Below are positions 45,371 to 53,528 of a stretch of 53,528 nt of DNA, piece by piece. The position numbers were made by a program, and so were the translations under genes. Position 1 is the first letter of the stretch; each line of letters starts with the position of its first letter. Origin of the DNA: Candidatus Flavonifractor merdipullorum (GTDB lineage: Bacteria > Bacillota > Clostridia > Oscillospirales > Oscillospiraceae); contig DXGA01000106.1 of assembly GCA_019114165.1 (NCBI GenBank), positions 1 through 53,528 of the forward strand, read 5' to 3'. Under the pieces are notes generated by a model that was not told the origin of the DNA, ran no database searches, and saw only the letters and a program-made list of their open reading frames with translations.

Positions 45371-45739
45371 ATGGAAGACTATCAGCTGTACGAGGCGGAA
45401 TACCGCCTGATGGATCTGGTCTGGTCCCGGGAACCCATCAATTCCACCCAGCTGGCGCGGCTTTGCCTGGAGCAATTTGGGTGGAAAAAGCCCACTGTGT
45501 ACAATCTCATCCGCAAGCTGAGTGACCGGGGATTTCTGCGCAATGAGAATGCCACGGTCACGGCGCTGGTGGACCGGAGCGCGGTGCGCCGCTATGAGAG
45601 CGCACAGGTGGTAAAGCACAGCTTTGGGGATTCTTTGCCCGCCTTTGTGGCGGCTTTTCTGAGTAACCGGCGGCTGAGCGCCGCGGAAGCGGATGCGCTG
45701 CGCCGTCTGATCGATGAAAGTGAGGAAGACCATGCGTGA
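45371..45739 (+). CDS. BlaI/MecI/CopY family repressor
   Basis: E...MDLVW, WKKPTV..LI.KL..RGF, F.....AFVAAF, LS..E...LRRLI. Confidence 0.9.
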   Translation: MEDYQLYEAEYRLMDLVWSREPINSTQLARLCLEQFGWKKPTVYNLIRKLSDRGFLRNENATVTALVDRSAVRRYESAQVVKHSFGDSLPAFVAAFLSNRRLSAAEADALRRLIDESEEDHA

Positions 45740-47396
45740 ATGGTTTCAGACGATTCTTTCCATGAGTCTCACGGCAGGGGTGACCGCCCTGGTAGTGCTT
45801 CCCTTGCGCTGGCTGGGGCAGCGGCTGAAATTGCCTGGCGGGCTTTCTGTGCTGCTGTGGCTGGCGGTACTGGTGCGGATGGTGCTGCCCACAGGGGTGC
45901 TGACCGCTCCTTTCAGCCTGCTGCGCTGGAGCGCGCCGGTGGTGGAGACCCAGGCGGAAACCTTTGCGGCGTCTCTGCCGGCAGATGCTGCCCTGCCGTC
46001 CGGAACAGCGGCCGCTGCGGTTCTCTCCGTTCCGCCGCTCCCCTGGTATTTCTGGGTCTGGCTGCTGGGCGCGGTGCTGCTGTGGAGTTATACCCTTTTT
46101 ACCTGGGCCCGTCTGGGCGCGCAGGTCTCTTCCGCGATTTGCCGGTCGTCGGAGGGAACGGAGTGGTGGGAGAGCGACCGGATTTCCTCTCCCTTTGTGT
46201 ACGGTCTGCTGCGTCCCCGAATCTTTGTTCCTTTGGGTGTGGAAGCGGATGTGCTGCACTGGGTGCTGCGCCACGAGCAGTCTCACATCCGGCTGGGTCA
46301 TCCTGTTCTAAAGCTTCTCTTCTTTGTGGCGCTGGGATTGCACTGGTGGAATCCTGTGTTGTGGCTGGCGTGGTTTCTTTTCTGCCGGGATCTGGAGCTC
46401 CAATGTGACGCCGCCGTGCTGCGCCGCTGGCCGGCATACCGGAAGGAATACGCTTCCGCTCTATTGGCGCTGGCATCCCCCCATCCGGCCCCCTTTGCTC
46501 CGCCGGGCTTTGGAGAGACCGGCGTGGGCCAGCGTATCCGGCGGGTGCTGAACTGGCGGCGTCCTACGGTATGGGCCGCGGCAGCCCTTTTGCTCGTCCT
46601 TTTGGTGGGCATCGGTCTTGTATGCGATCCCCTCTATCGCCCGCTGCCTCAGACCACCCCTGAACTCACCCTCCACCTCACCGAGGACGGACCGGGCAAA
46701 GAGGGGGGCGACGTACTGCCTGTCTCCCCCACCGGGGAAGGTACATGGACAGACACGCTGCCCGCCCTGCACCGGTTCAGCAGCATCCCTTCCCCCTGGG
46801 TGGACCTCTATCTGGATGAAAACCGGATGCCGGATGAGATCCAGTGTACGGAGTATCTGCTGGAGGACGGCGTCCCAACGGGCGCGCAACCGGCGGAGCT
46901 CTCCCCGTACGGCAATGATACCGGTTTTCTGCTTCGGGTACGTCCCCGGGGGACCGGTTCGGGCGGACTGGAGACCCGGCTTTATGTGTTGGACTGCCTG
47001 TGGCAGTCGGGCAAAGACCGTCTGTCTCTCTCTTACGCCTTTCAGCTGACCTTCCCCCGCGTGGCGGAGAATCAGAAACTGACAACGCCCATTCTGGTGG
47101 CCGGGGACACCCTTCTCTCGGATGGCGGAGAAGCCTCTGTTCCTTACGGCGCATATCTGAATCTGACCCATCCGGACCGCAGCGGAGAAGTCTCCCTCAC
47201 CGCCCATACCCGGGAGAGCGGTGAAACAGACATTTCCAGCGGCAGTGTGGCGGGCGGCTCCACCGGGGTGAAACTCACCCCCATCGGCGTTCCGGAGGGA
47301 ACCTACCCGCCCCAGACCCAGTACTATACCCTGACGTACACTTGGGAGGACGGTACACAGAGCATCTATACCTTTACGCTCCATCTGACCCCATAG
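45732..47396 (+). CDS. BlaR1-type M56 metallopeptidase sensor with unrecognised extracellular C-terminus
   Basis: SPFVYGLLRPRI, HEQSH (HExxH), HWWNP, DLELQCD; overlaps the blaI-like gene. Confidence 0.88.
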   Translation: MREWFQTILSMSLTAGVTALVVLPLRWLGQRLKLPGGLSVLLWLAVLVRMVLPTGVLTAPFSLLRWSAPVVETQAETFAASLPADAALPSGTAAAAVLSVPPLPWYFWVWLLGAVLLWSYTLFTWARLGAQVSSAICRSSEGTEWWESDRISSPFVYGLLRPRIFVPLGVEADVLHWVLRHEQSHIRLGHPVLKLLFFVALGLHWWNPVLWLAWFLFCRDLELQCDAAVLRRWPAYRKEYASALLALASPHPAPFAPPGFGETGVGQRIRRVLNWRRPTVWAAAALLLVLLVGIGLVCDPLYRPLPQTTPELTLHLTEDGPGKEGGDVLPVSPTGEGTWTDTLPALHRFSSIPSPWVDLYLDENRMPDEIQCTEYLLEDGVPTGAQPAELSPYGNDTGFLLRVRPRGTGSGGLETRLYVLDCLWQSGKDRLSLSYAFQLTFPRVAENQKLTTPILVAGDTLLSDGGEASVPYGAYLNLTHPDRSGEVSLTAHTRESGETDISSGSVAGGSTGVKLTPIGVPEGTYPPQTQYYTLTYTWEDGTQSIYTFTLHLTP

Positions 47397-47407
47397 ACGC
47401 AAAAGAA

Positions 47408-47446
47408 GGCGGACTGCTTCCAAATCCGGAGCAGTCCGCCCTTTTT
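47408..47446. terminator. Terminator hairpin between convergent genes
   Basis: GGCGGACTGCTTC...GGAGCAGTCCGCC followed by a T-tract. Confidence 0.8.
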
Positions 47447-47519
47447 CGTGAAAATACGGAGCGGTATAGATGTATCGGTGAGCTGTCCCATACCGACCGC
47501 TTGCCCTATCTCTTATCTT

Positions 47520-47771
47520 TTATCCCTTATCTCTGATCTCCCCCAGCGCCTTGGCCAGCTGGTCGGGACAGGAGGTGGCCTTTCCGCCGCAGCGGATGCC
47601 GGAGAGACGCCGGATGACTTCCTCCACCGGCATTCCCTCCACCAGCTTGGCAATGCCCTGAAGATTGCCGTCGCAGCCGGCGGTGACTTTCAGAGAACGG
47701 ACCACACCGTCCTCCACGTCGATGCACATTTTGCGGGAACAGACGCCCTTGGGCTGATACTCATAAATCAT
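47520..47771 (-). CDS. TSCPD domain protein (TIGR03905-like)
   Basis: PKGVCS, GCDGNL, GIRCG, TSCPDQLA. Confidence 0.9.
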   Translation of the reverse strand: MIYEYQPKGVCSRKMCIDVEDGVVRSLKVTAGCDGNLQGIAKLVEGMPVEEVIRRLSGIRCGGKATSCPDQLAKALGEIRDKG

Positions 47772-48795
47772 GCTGCGTTCCTCTTTTCTCTAAAATACTC
47801 CGCTCACCGGCGAGATTCTCTTCAAACAGGGCGCGGACCGTCCGGGGGTCGTCACTCTGTCCCAGGGCCCACATGAGTTTGGTGACAGCGGCTTCGGTGG
47901 TCATGTCCCGTCCCTGGAGGACGCCCTGTTCCAGCGCCAGCCGTCCGGCCTGGTAGAGGGAGAAGTCGCTGGGCTCATAGAGGCACTGGCTGCACACCAC
48001 CACCGCCACGCCGGCCTGAGCGGCGGTCTGGAGCTTGGCCACCAGATCCCGGCGGACAAAGTGGAGCCCGCCCGCGCCGAAGGCTTCGATGACGATGCCC
48101 CGGTAGTGCATCTGGAGAAGCATATCGAAAAGCTCCGGGTCCACGCCGGGGGTGAGCTTCATCAAAAATACCCGGGGGGAAATGGCGTCTTTGAGAACAC
48201 ATTCCGCCCCGGCCTTTGGGGGCAGCGCGCCGGGGTTGAGGTTGAGCCCGCCGCCGGAGATCTGGGCCACATAGGGCCAGTTGACGCTCTCGAAGGCGTC
48301 AAAGCCGGTGGTGCGGGTCTTGACGGCCCGGGTGCCCAGAATGACCTTCCGGTCGAAGGCCACGAAGACGCCGGGCGTGGCGGAGGCGGCCATGGCCAGC
48401 GCCAGCCGGAGATTTTCCGGACCGTCGGAGAGGGGGTGGTCGATGGGGAGCTGGGACCCGGTGAGGACCACGGGAATGCCGATGCCCCGCACCATAAAGG
48501 AGAGGATGGCGGCGGTATAGGCCATGGTATCGGTGCCGTGGGTGACCACGATGCCGTCAAACCGGTACCGGTTCTGATAGACGTGGCGGGCGATGATCTG
48601 CCACTCCTCGGGCTGGATGTTGGAGCTGTCCATGTGGAGGATGTCGCGGACGGTGACCTCATAGTTTGCCAGGGTGCGGCGGGGCAGCATGGCGGTGAGG
48701 GCCGCGCCGTCCAGGCCGGGGGCCAGTCCCTCGTCGGTGGGCTGGGAGGCGATGGTCCCGCCGGTGGCCAGCAGGAGGATACGGGGTTTGGTCAC
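47761..48795 (-). CDS. ansA: L-asparaginase, type I
   Basis: ATGGTIA, DSSN, HGTDTM, LTGSQ, MTTEAAVTKL; GTG start 48795 behind GGAGG. Confidence 0.9.
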   Translation of the reverse strand: MTKPRILLLATGGTIASQPTDEGLAPGLDGAALTAMLPRRTLANYEVTVRDILHMDSSNIQPEEWQIIARHVYQNRYRFDGIVVTHGTDTMAYTAAILSFMVRGIGIPVVLTGSQLPIDHPLSDGPENLRLALAMAASATPGVFVAFDRKVILGTRAVKTRTTGFDAFESVNWPYVAQISGGGLNLNPGALPPKAGAECVLKDAISPRVFLMKLTPGVDPELFDMLLQMHYRGIVIEAFGAGGLHFVRRDLVAKLQTAAQAGVAVVVCSQCLYEPSDFSLYQAGRLALEQGVLQGRDMTTEAAVTKLMWALGQSDDPRTVRALFEENLAGERSILEKRGTQHDL

Positions 48796-48796
48796 G

Positions 48797-49402
48797 TCAG
48801 AACACCTCCGCCAGAGCGGCGGCCCGGTCCATGGCCTGATGAAGGATGGTGGCCCGGTCAAGGCTCACGTCGTCCAGCCCCTCGGCGGCCAGGCACTGAA
48901 ATTCCCGGATGCCGTACATGGCGCACAGGGCTTCCAGCTGTTTTGCACCCATCTCCATCCAGGAGGTGCCCGGCCGGGAGAAATTCCCGCCCCGGGTGGT
49001 GATGAGCAGAAGCTTTTTGGCTTTGCAGAGGCCCACGCTCCGCCCCACTTCGTCATAGCCGAAGGTGATGTCGCACACTGAGATCCGCTCCAGATAGATC
49101 TTCAAAATAGCGGGAAAGGAGAGGTCCCAGAAGGGGGCGGCAATGACGATCTTGTCGGCGGCGGCGAACTGCCGTGCGGGGGCGAAGATCTCATGGTCCA
49201 GCTGACCGGCGTTCCACAGCTCATCCCGCTGGGCCAGTACCTCGGGATACTGGGGAGAGAGCCGGTTTTCGCATAGACTCCGGCGCTTTACCACACTCTC
49301 GGGATGCCGGGTATGGTACGCCTCCAGAAACCGGCGGGCCAGCGCCAGGGTGCGGGATCGTTCTCCCCGCACACAGGCATCCACAAAAAGGATTTCTTCC
49401 AT
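48797..49402 (-). CDS. FMN-dependent NAD(P)H oxidoreductase (AzoR/AcpD flavodoxin-like)
   Basis: SRT..LA, FAAADKIVIAAPFWDLSFPA, TTRGG, AEGLD. Confidence 0.87.
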   Translation of the reverse strand: MEEILFVDACVRGERSRTLALARRFLEAYHTRHPESVVKRRSLCENRLSPQYPEVLAQRDELWNAGQLDHEIFAPARQFAAADKIVIAAPFWDLSFPAILKIYLERISVCDITFGYDEVGRSVGLCKAKKLLLITTRGGNFSRPGTSWMEMGAKQLEALCAMYGIREFQCLAAEGLDDVSLDRATILHQAMDRAAALAEVF

Positions 49403-49451
49403 GTTTTCACACTCCTAGGTCACAACTGCGGGGCAAAAGCCGCCTACTGTT

Positions 49452-50591
49452 TTATCCTACCACAGCCCCCTCCGTGATGCAAGGCAGGCCGGCCTCCAGA
49501 AAGGCTGGAAGGGCGGCCAAGTTTTCCGGCAGAGTCCAATCCACCGTTCCGGCCACGGCGAAAACGGTTTTATCCTGCCGCAGGAGAAGGTATGTTCCCC
49601 GCTCGTATCGGAGCAGTATGCATTCCGTCCCGGGAAGGTCCATTTCCACCGGCGTGCCCGTGCCGGTTCCACAGGCAACCTGACGGCTTTTGTCCCGGTC
49701 GGCCTGGGCTGTCAGCTGGTCAAACGCAGCTTGGGCCAGCCAGGTCCACCGGGCATCATAGCGCTTGGTGTATAAGATCCCGTTTTCCAGAGATTCGACG
49801 GCCCATGTCTCCGTCAGTCCCGGTCCTTTTTCCACATAGACCTCCAATCCGGTGGATGGTCTTTGCTCCAATCCCATTTGCGTGATGGGGGGACATGAGA
49901 GCTGATCCAGGGTGGTCACAGACCGTTGATCTCCCCTGACCGCACCCCAAAGGAGGATACCGGCTATCAACAGCCAAAGAAGTACCTCGCCCATCCCCCA
50001 AAACCGCGCCTTACGCGGACGGACCGGGGCGGTACGACGGGCAGACAAAAGGGCATGTCCCACCAGCAGCAGTTCAAAGAGCGTCAGCAGCAAAAGGGCC
50101 GTCGCCAGCAGCAGTGCCGCCCAGTCCTGGAAGACTTCAAACCAGTAGAATGCCCCTCTGGTCATCCCGAAACCCAGCTGCAAGAACATATTTTCCAGCA
50201 CCACCACCGCCGCCACAATAGTAGGCTGGACGGCGCTGTATTTGACCTGTCGTTTCTCCAATTCCGGGTCTGTCTGGAGGGGCGCCACATCCCGGCCGGG
50301 CTGGGCGCGGAAGAGGGCCGCTTTTCCGACGCTCCCCAAGAAGGTCCAGCCAGCGTCGGCGCAAAGCTGCACATACTCTTTTTTCTCTTCCTCATCCCGC
50401 AAGGCCTTTTGTGGGATCAGGTCGGCGGTATACCGGTGCGTCTCTCCATCCGCCGGACGGAAAAGCCCGATCCAGGGCCATAGAATTCGTTCCAACCTCC
50501 ACCCCTGTTTCTCCTGCTGTTCCAGAAGAAGGGGCAGGGAGCGGTAATCCACCGGCTGGACCCGCAGAAAGCCCAATTTCCGGCGTTTCAT
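49452..50591 (-). CDS. DUF2812-like membrane protein, paralogue 3
   Basis: GWRL, EYVQLCADAGW, PLQTD, several TM helices. Confidence 0.78.
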   Translation of the reverse strand: MKRRKLGFLRVQPVDYRSLPLLLEQQEKQGWRLERILWPWIGLFRPADGETHRYTADLIPQKALRDEEEKKEYVQLCADAGWTFLGSVGKAALFRAQPGRDVAPLQTDPELEKRQVKYSAVQPTIVAAVVVLENMFLQLGFGMTRGAFYWFEVFQDWAALLLATALLLLTLFELLLVGHALLSARRTAPVRPRKARFWGMGEVLLWLLIAGILLWGAVRGDQRSVTTLDQLSCPPITQMGLEQRPSTGLEVYVEKGPGLTETWAVESLENGILYTKRYDARWTWLAQAAFDQLTAQADRDKSRQVACGTGTGTPVEMDLPGTECILLRYERGTYLLLRQDKTVFAVAGTVDWTLPENLAALPAFLEAGLPCITEGAVVG

Positions 50592-50592
50592 C

Positions 50593-51741
50593 TCAAGACT
50601 CCTCCCAATGCAAGGCAGAAAGCACTTCCGGCCAGACCGCCTCTCGGGTAATCGCTTCGGTATTCTCGCCGGTGCGCCACCCCACGAAGGCCACTTCTCT
50701 TCCCTTCCGGATCAGTACGAAGGTCTCTTCCCGGGCCACCCAACTCTCGTCGGTCCCGGTCAGCGGGCAGGCGGTAAACGCTAAGACGCCATATCCGTTC
50801 TGTCCTCTCTCCATCCGTTCGTTCAGCAGGGCGTGGGAAAGCCATACCGCCACTTTCTCATTGATGCAGGTATACCGCTCACACCAGAGGGCGTCCTCCC
50901 CGGCGCACTGCGCATAGTCCCACCCCTCGACCAGAAAGGACTGGGTCTTGTGCAGGGAGAGCACAAAGGTATCCGCATTCTCTCCCCCCAGCCGTTCCAG
51001 GGTGGGAACGGGCGCCTCTTCCACCACGCTCCACTGGGTGTCGGTGGGCGCTTCCAGCCCCACCGACACCTGCTGGGTGAAAAATAGCTCACCCAGAGGA
51101 AGGAACACCATGCCCACCAGATAGAGGCACCACGACACCCAGTAAAGGGCCACTCTTGCCCGGCAGAGGGGCAATGCACACCGGGGCACTGCATCCTCTC
51201 TCCTGTACCGGAAAAGAAGAGCGGTGTAATGGCCCAGGGTCCAAATCAGATGAAGGGCAAAAAGACCCACACCCACAGCGGTGACCTGGGCGGCGGCGCT
51301 GGTGATCAGCGAGATGCTCCAATCCTTTTGCGCGGAAAGCGCCCACGGGAGAAAGACGGCCAGCATCAGAAAGGCCAGAATGTACACCAGGAACTCAACC
51401 ACCAGTTTTTTGCGGAAGTACCGCTGCCCCTCCAATCCCTTGTCGCTCTGGAGGGGCGTTACTTCCCGCCCCGGCAGAGCGCGGAACAGGTCCATGCCGT
51501 TGACTTTGCTCACCCGCTCCCAACCGGCGTCGGCGCACAGCTGGAGGTAATCTTCCTGGTCTTCCCACCCCACGGACAAATCGGCAAAGTGGCGGACCTT
51601 TCTTTCCTCCACCTTGCGGAAGGAAGCAAAAATGCGGTTGCAGTGTTCCAGCTCCCAACCCTGTCCGGCCATATCGTCCAGCCAGCGCTGGGCGGTCTTA
51701 TAATCCACCGCCTCCAAAAGACAGAGCGTATATTTCTTCAT
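50593..51741 (-). CDS. DUF2812-like membrane protein, paralogue 2
   Basis: WLDDMAGQGWEL, DYLQLCADAGW, PLQSD; start ATG 51741. Confidence 0.8.
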   Translation of the reverse strand: MKKYTLCLLEAVDYKTAQRWLDDMAGQGWELEHCNRIFASFRKVEERKVRHFADLSVGWEDQEDYLQLCADAGWERVSKVNGMDLFRALPGREVTPLQSDKGLEGQRYFRKKLVVEFLVYILAFLMLAVFLPWALSAQKDWSISLITSAAAQVTAVGVGLFALHLIWTLGHYTALLFRYRREDAVPRCALPLCRARVALYWVSWCLYLVGMVFLPLGELFFTQQVSVGLEAPTDTQWSVVEEAPVPTLERLGGENADTFVLSLHKTQSFLVEGWDYAQCAGEDALWCERYTCINEKVAVWLSHALLNERMERGQNGYGVLAFTACPLTGTDESWVAREETFVLIRKGREVAFVGWRTGENTEAITREAVWPEVLSALHWEES

Positions 51742-51751
51742 GGCGTCCACC

Positions 51752-53047
51752 TCACTCATCCAAACAATGTTCCATCCGCCGGATCACGTCCGTTTTGAGG
51801 GCATCCTCCACCGGTCCCACTGTAAAGAGCTCCGCCTTGACCACGCCGTTTTCCTCCCGCAGCAGGTAGACGGTGTGAACGGTATCCTCTCTCCAGTGCT
51901 CCTCCAACTGCCAGAGGTCTTCCCGTCCCTCTGCCGGTTCCAGCCCAGGCTCGGCCTGCATTTCATACCGGAAGGCGATACGGGCCAGTTCCGCCGATCT
52001 GCTCCGATAGCAGGAAAGGGAGGCCTGGTCCTGGCCGTCTGTTTCGTTCCAGCTGGTATAGTTAAGCAAAAATCCCTTGTCTTCCTTGTGGTTATAGCGG
52101 AGGGTATCGGCGTTGCCCAGACTCTGGGTGGCCACCTGCTGCGGGTCGTCGGTCAGGAGCGACGGGATCGCGGGCCCGGGGGTCTCCCAGCTGCTCACCG
52201 CCGGAAAAAGGAGCAGCCAGTAGAGGAGGGTCACCACAGCCGCCCCCATAAAAGCCTTTGCCGTCCGTCTCTGTCCCGCTGTGGAGAAGGGCCGTCTCCA
52301 AAACCAGATTCCAATGACGAGCCACACCGCGACGAAAAAGAGGATCTGTGAAAAGCCATCCTTGCACGCCTTGTGGATCATGGAAACGACTACCATCGCA
52401 CCGAAGATCATGCGCCAGAAGTGGAGGAATTTTCCCAAAAAGACGCTGCCCCGTCCCGGTACAGGAAGAGGTTCTCCGTCCGAGGCGGTTTTGCGCAGGC
52501 CCCTCCACTGGCAGAAAAAGCGGAGCAGAGAAGCAAGTTCCCCCGCCAGCACAAAGAAAATAGAGGGGAGCAATACCGGATTCATCCCCAGCCACAGGAG
52601 AAGCGTTTCCGCGTTCAGCATCTGCTCTTGCGTGACCAGGAAGAGAAAAGCGGCGGCCAGCAGGGCCAGCAGGACAACGCTCCAGATCATCCCTTTTTTC
52701 ATCTGCTTCCACACCTGCTTCTGGAAGCGCTCGTATTCCAGCGCGCTGTCGGTTTGGATGGGGGGCGTGCCCACCGGGGCCTCGTAGATGTTCCAGTAGC
52801 CTCTTTTCGCCACAAAGGTCCACCCGGCGTCGGCGCAGAGCTGCAAATAGTCGTCGTTTTCGTCAAACTGAGCGTCGCACCAGTCCACGCAGTAGGAGAC
52901 CGGCCGGTCGGTGCGGACATACCGGGCGATCTCGTCCAGCCAGAGACGGTCCAGCTTCCAGCCAGCCGCGCCCAGCCGGTTGAGCTCGTCCTGGGCGGCC
53001 TGGATGTCCATGGTGGAATAGGGGAAGAAACGATAGCGGTATTTCAT
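51752..53047 (-). CDS. DUF2812-like membrane protein, paralogue 1
   Basis: GWKL, DYLQLCADAGW, PIQTD. Confidence 0.8.
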   Translation of the reverse strand: MKYRYRFFPYSTMDIQAAQDELNRLGAAGWKLDRLWLDEIARYVRTDRPVSYCVDWCDAQFDENDDYLQLCADAGWTFVAKRGYWNIYEAPVGTPPIQTDSALEYERFQKQVWKQMKKGMIWSVVLLALLAAAFLFLVTQEQMLNAETLLLWLGMNPVLLPSIFFVLAGELASLLRFFCQWRGLRKTASDGEPLPVPGRGSVFLGKFLHFWRMIFGAMVVVSMIHKACKDGFSQILFFVAVWLVIGIWFWRRPFSTAGQRRTAKAFMGAAVVTLLYWLLLFPAVSSWETPGPAIPSLLTDDPQQVATQSLGNADTLRYNHKEDKGFLLNYTSWNETDGQDQASLSCYRSRSAELARIAFRYEMQAEPGLEPAEGREDLWQLEEHWREDTVHTVYLLREENGVVKAELFTVGPVEDALKTDVIRRMEHCLDE

Positions 53048-53367
53048 GGGTTTTCCTCCTCTCTCAGGGCCCGTTCCATATCCAGGGCCTGCTGTTGGAT
53101 GCGGTGGTACTCCTGTTGTAAGCGCTCTTCTCCTTCGGGTGAAATCAAATAGTACTTTCGGTTTTCCACGGTGTTGGTCCGGTGGATGTATCCGTCCTTT
53201 TCGAAACGGTCCAGCAGGGCGTAGAGGGTGCCCGCGCCGATGGTGACCCGCTCCCCGGTGAGCCGGGCCACATACTGCATGATACCGTAGCCGTGCCGCT
53301 CGGACCGCAGGGCCAGCAGCACATAAAACATCTGCTCGGTCAGCGTCTCCAATTTTTTACGCGCCAC
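53044..53367 (-). CDS. PadR family transcriptional regulator
   Basis: LTEQMFYVLLAL, HGYGIMQ, GAGTLY, RKYY; GTG start behind AGGAGG. Confidence 0.92.
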   Translation of the reverse strand: MARKKLETLTEQMFYVLLALRSERHGYGIMQYVARLTGERVTIGAGTLYALLDRFEKDGYIHRTNTVENRKYYLISPEGEERLQQEYHRIQQQALDMERALREEENP

Positions 53368-53380
53368 GGTGCCACCTCCT

Positions 53381-53439
53381 ATATCGATATTCGCTACTCT
53401 CTTCAAACTCATGGTATATCAATATTCGATATATGTCAA
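53381..53439 (-). promoter_or_regulatory. padR promoter with two operator-like palindromes
   Basis: TTGACA-N17-TACCAT (53439-53411); ATATCAATATTCGATAT (53416-53432) spans the spacer and ATATCGATATTCGCTAC (53381-53397) abuts the RBS. Confidence 0.72.
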
Positions 53440-53458
53440 CAGAAATTTTTCCGGTTAA

Positions 53459-53476
53459 TTGCATCCAAACGTACAA
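53459..53476 (+). promoter_or_regulatory. Second copy of the phage-operon upstream motif (TTGCATCCAAACGTACAA)
   Basis: 17/18 identical to 23872-23855; ends 41 nt before ATG 53518. Confidence 0.6.
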
Positions 53477-53517
53477 CATTGCGGGGCGGGGCGGAGGAGG
53501 GTAAAGGAGGGATTTTT

Positions 53518-53528
53518 ATGGCAAGTTA
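53518..53528 (+). CDS. Start of an unknown gene (M-A-S-Y/stop...), cut by the window edge
   Basis: AAAGGAGG RBS with appropriate spacing to ATG GCA AGT. Confidence 0.55.

Overview
High-GC Firmicutes chromosome segment; gene content and SLH/GerMN proteins suggest Clostridia, probably Oscillospiraceae-like (inference). Most of it is housekeeping: a type IIA topoisomerase pair, two tandem tRNA-Gly genes, MBOAT, MATE, ispE, thrH, a glycine-riboswitch-controlled symporter, hemW, metY, a two-component system, a BlaI/BlaR1-like pair and a PadR operon with three DUF2812-like paralogues. The standout is a compact, apparently intact 13.2-kb minus-strand operon (10632-23803) between ispE and a MATE gene. 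It encodes only virion-building functions: TerS, TerL, portal, protease, capsid, neck, contractile tail, baseplate and holin. I found no integrase, att sites, repressor, replication genes, endolysin or tail fibre. Its TerS appears to lack the DNA-binding head, the tape-measure slot holds only 163 aa, and the -1 tail-chaperone frameshift signal is intact. An 18-bp dyad upstream of the operon recurs 30 kb away in front of an unrelated gene. The best hypothesis is a domesticated, gene-transfer-agent-like mini-myophage with dispersed, co-regulated modules. A 246-bp MITE-like element with a 29-bp target duplication sits just upstream of it. Product calls come from motif recognition and gene order; no database searches were run.
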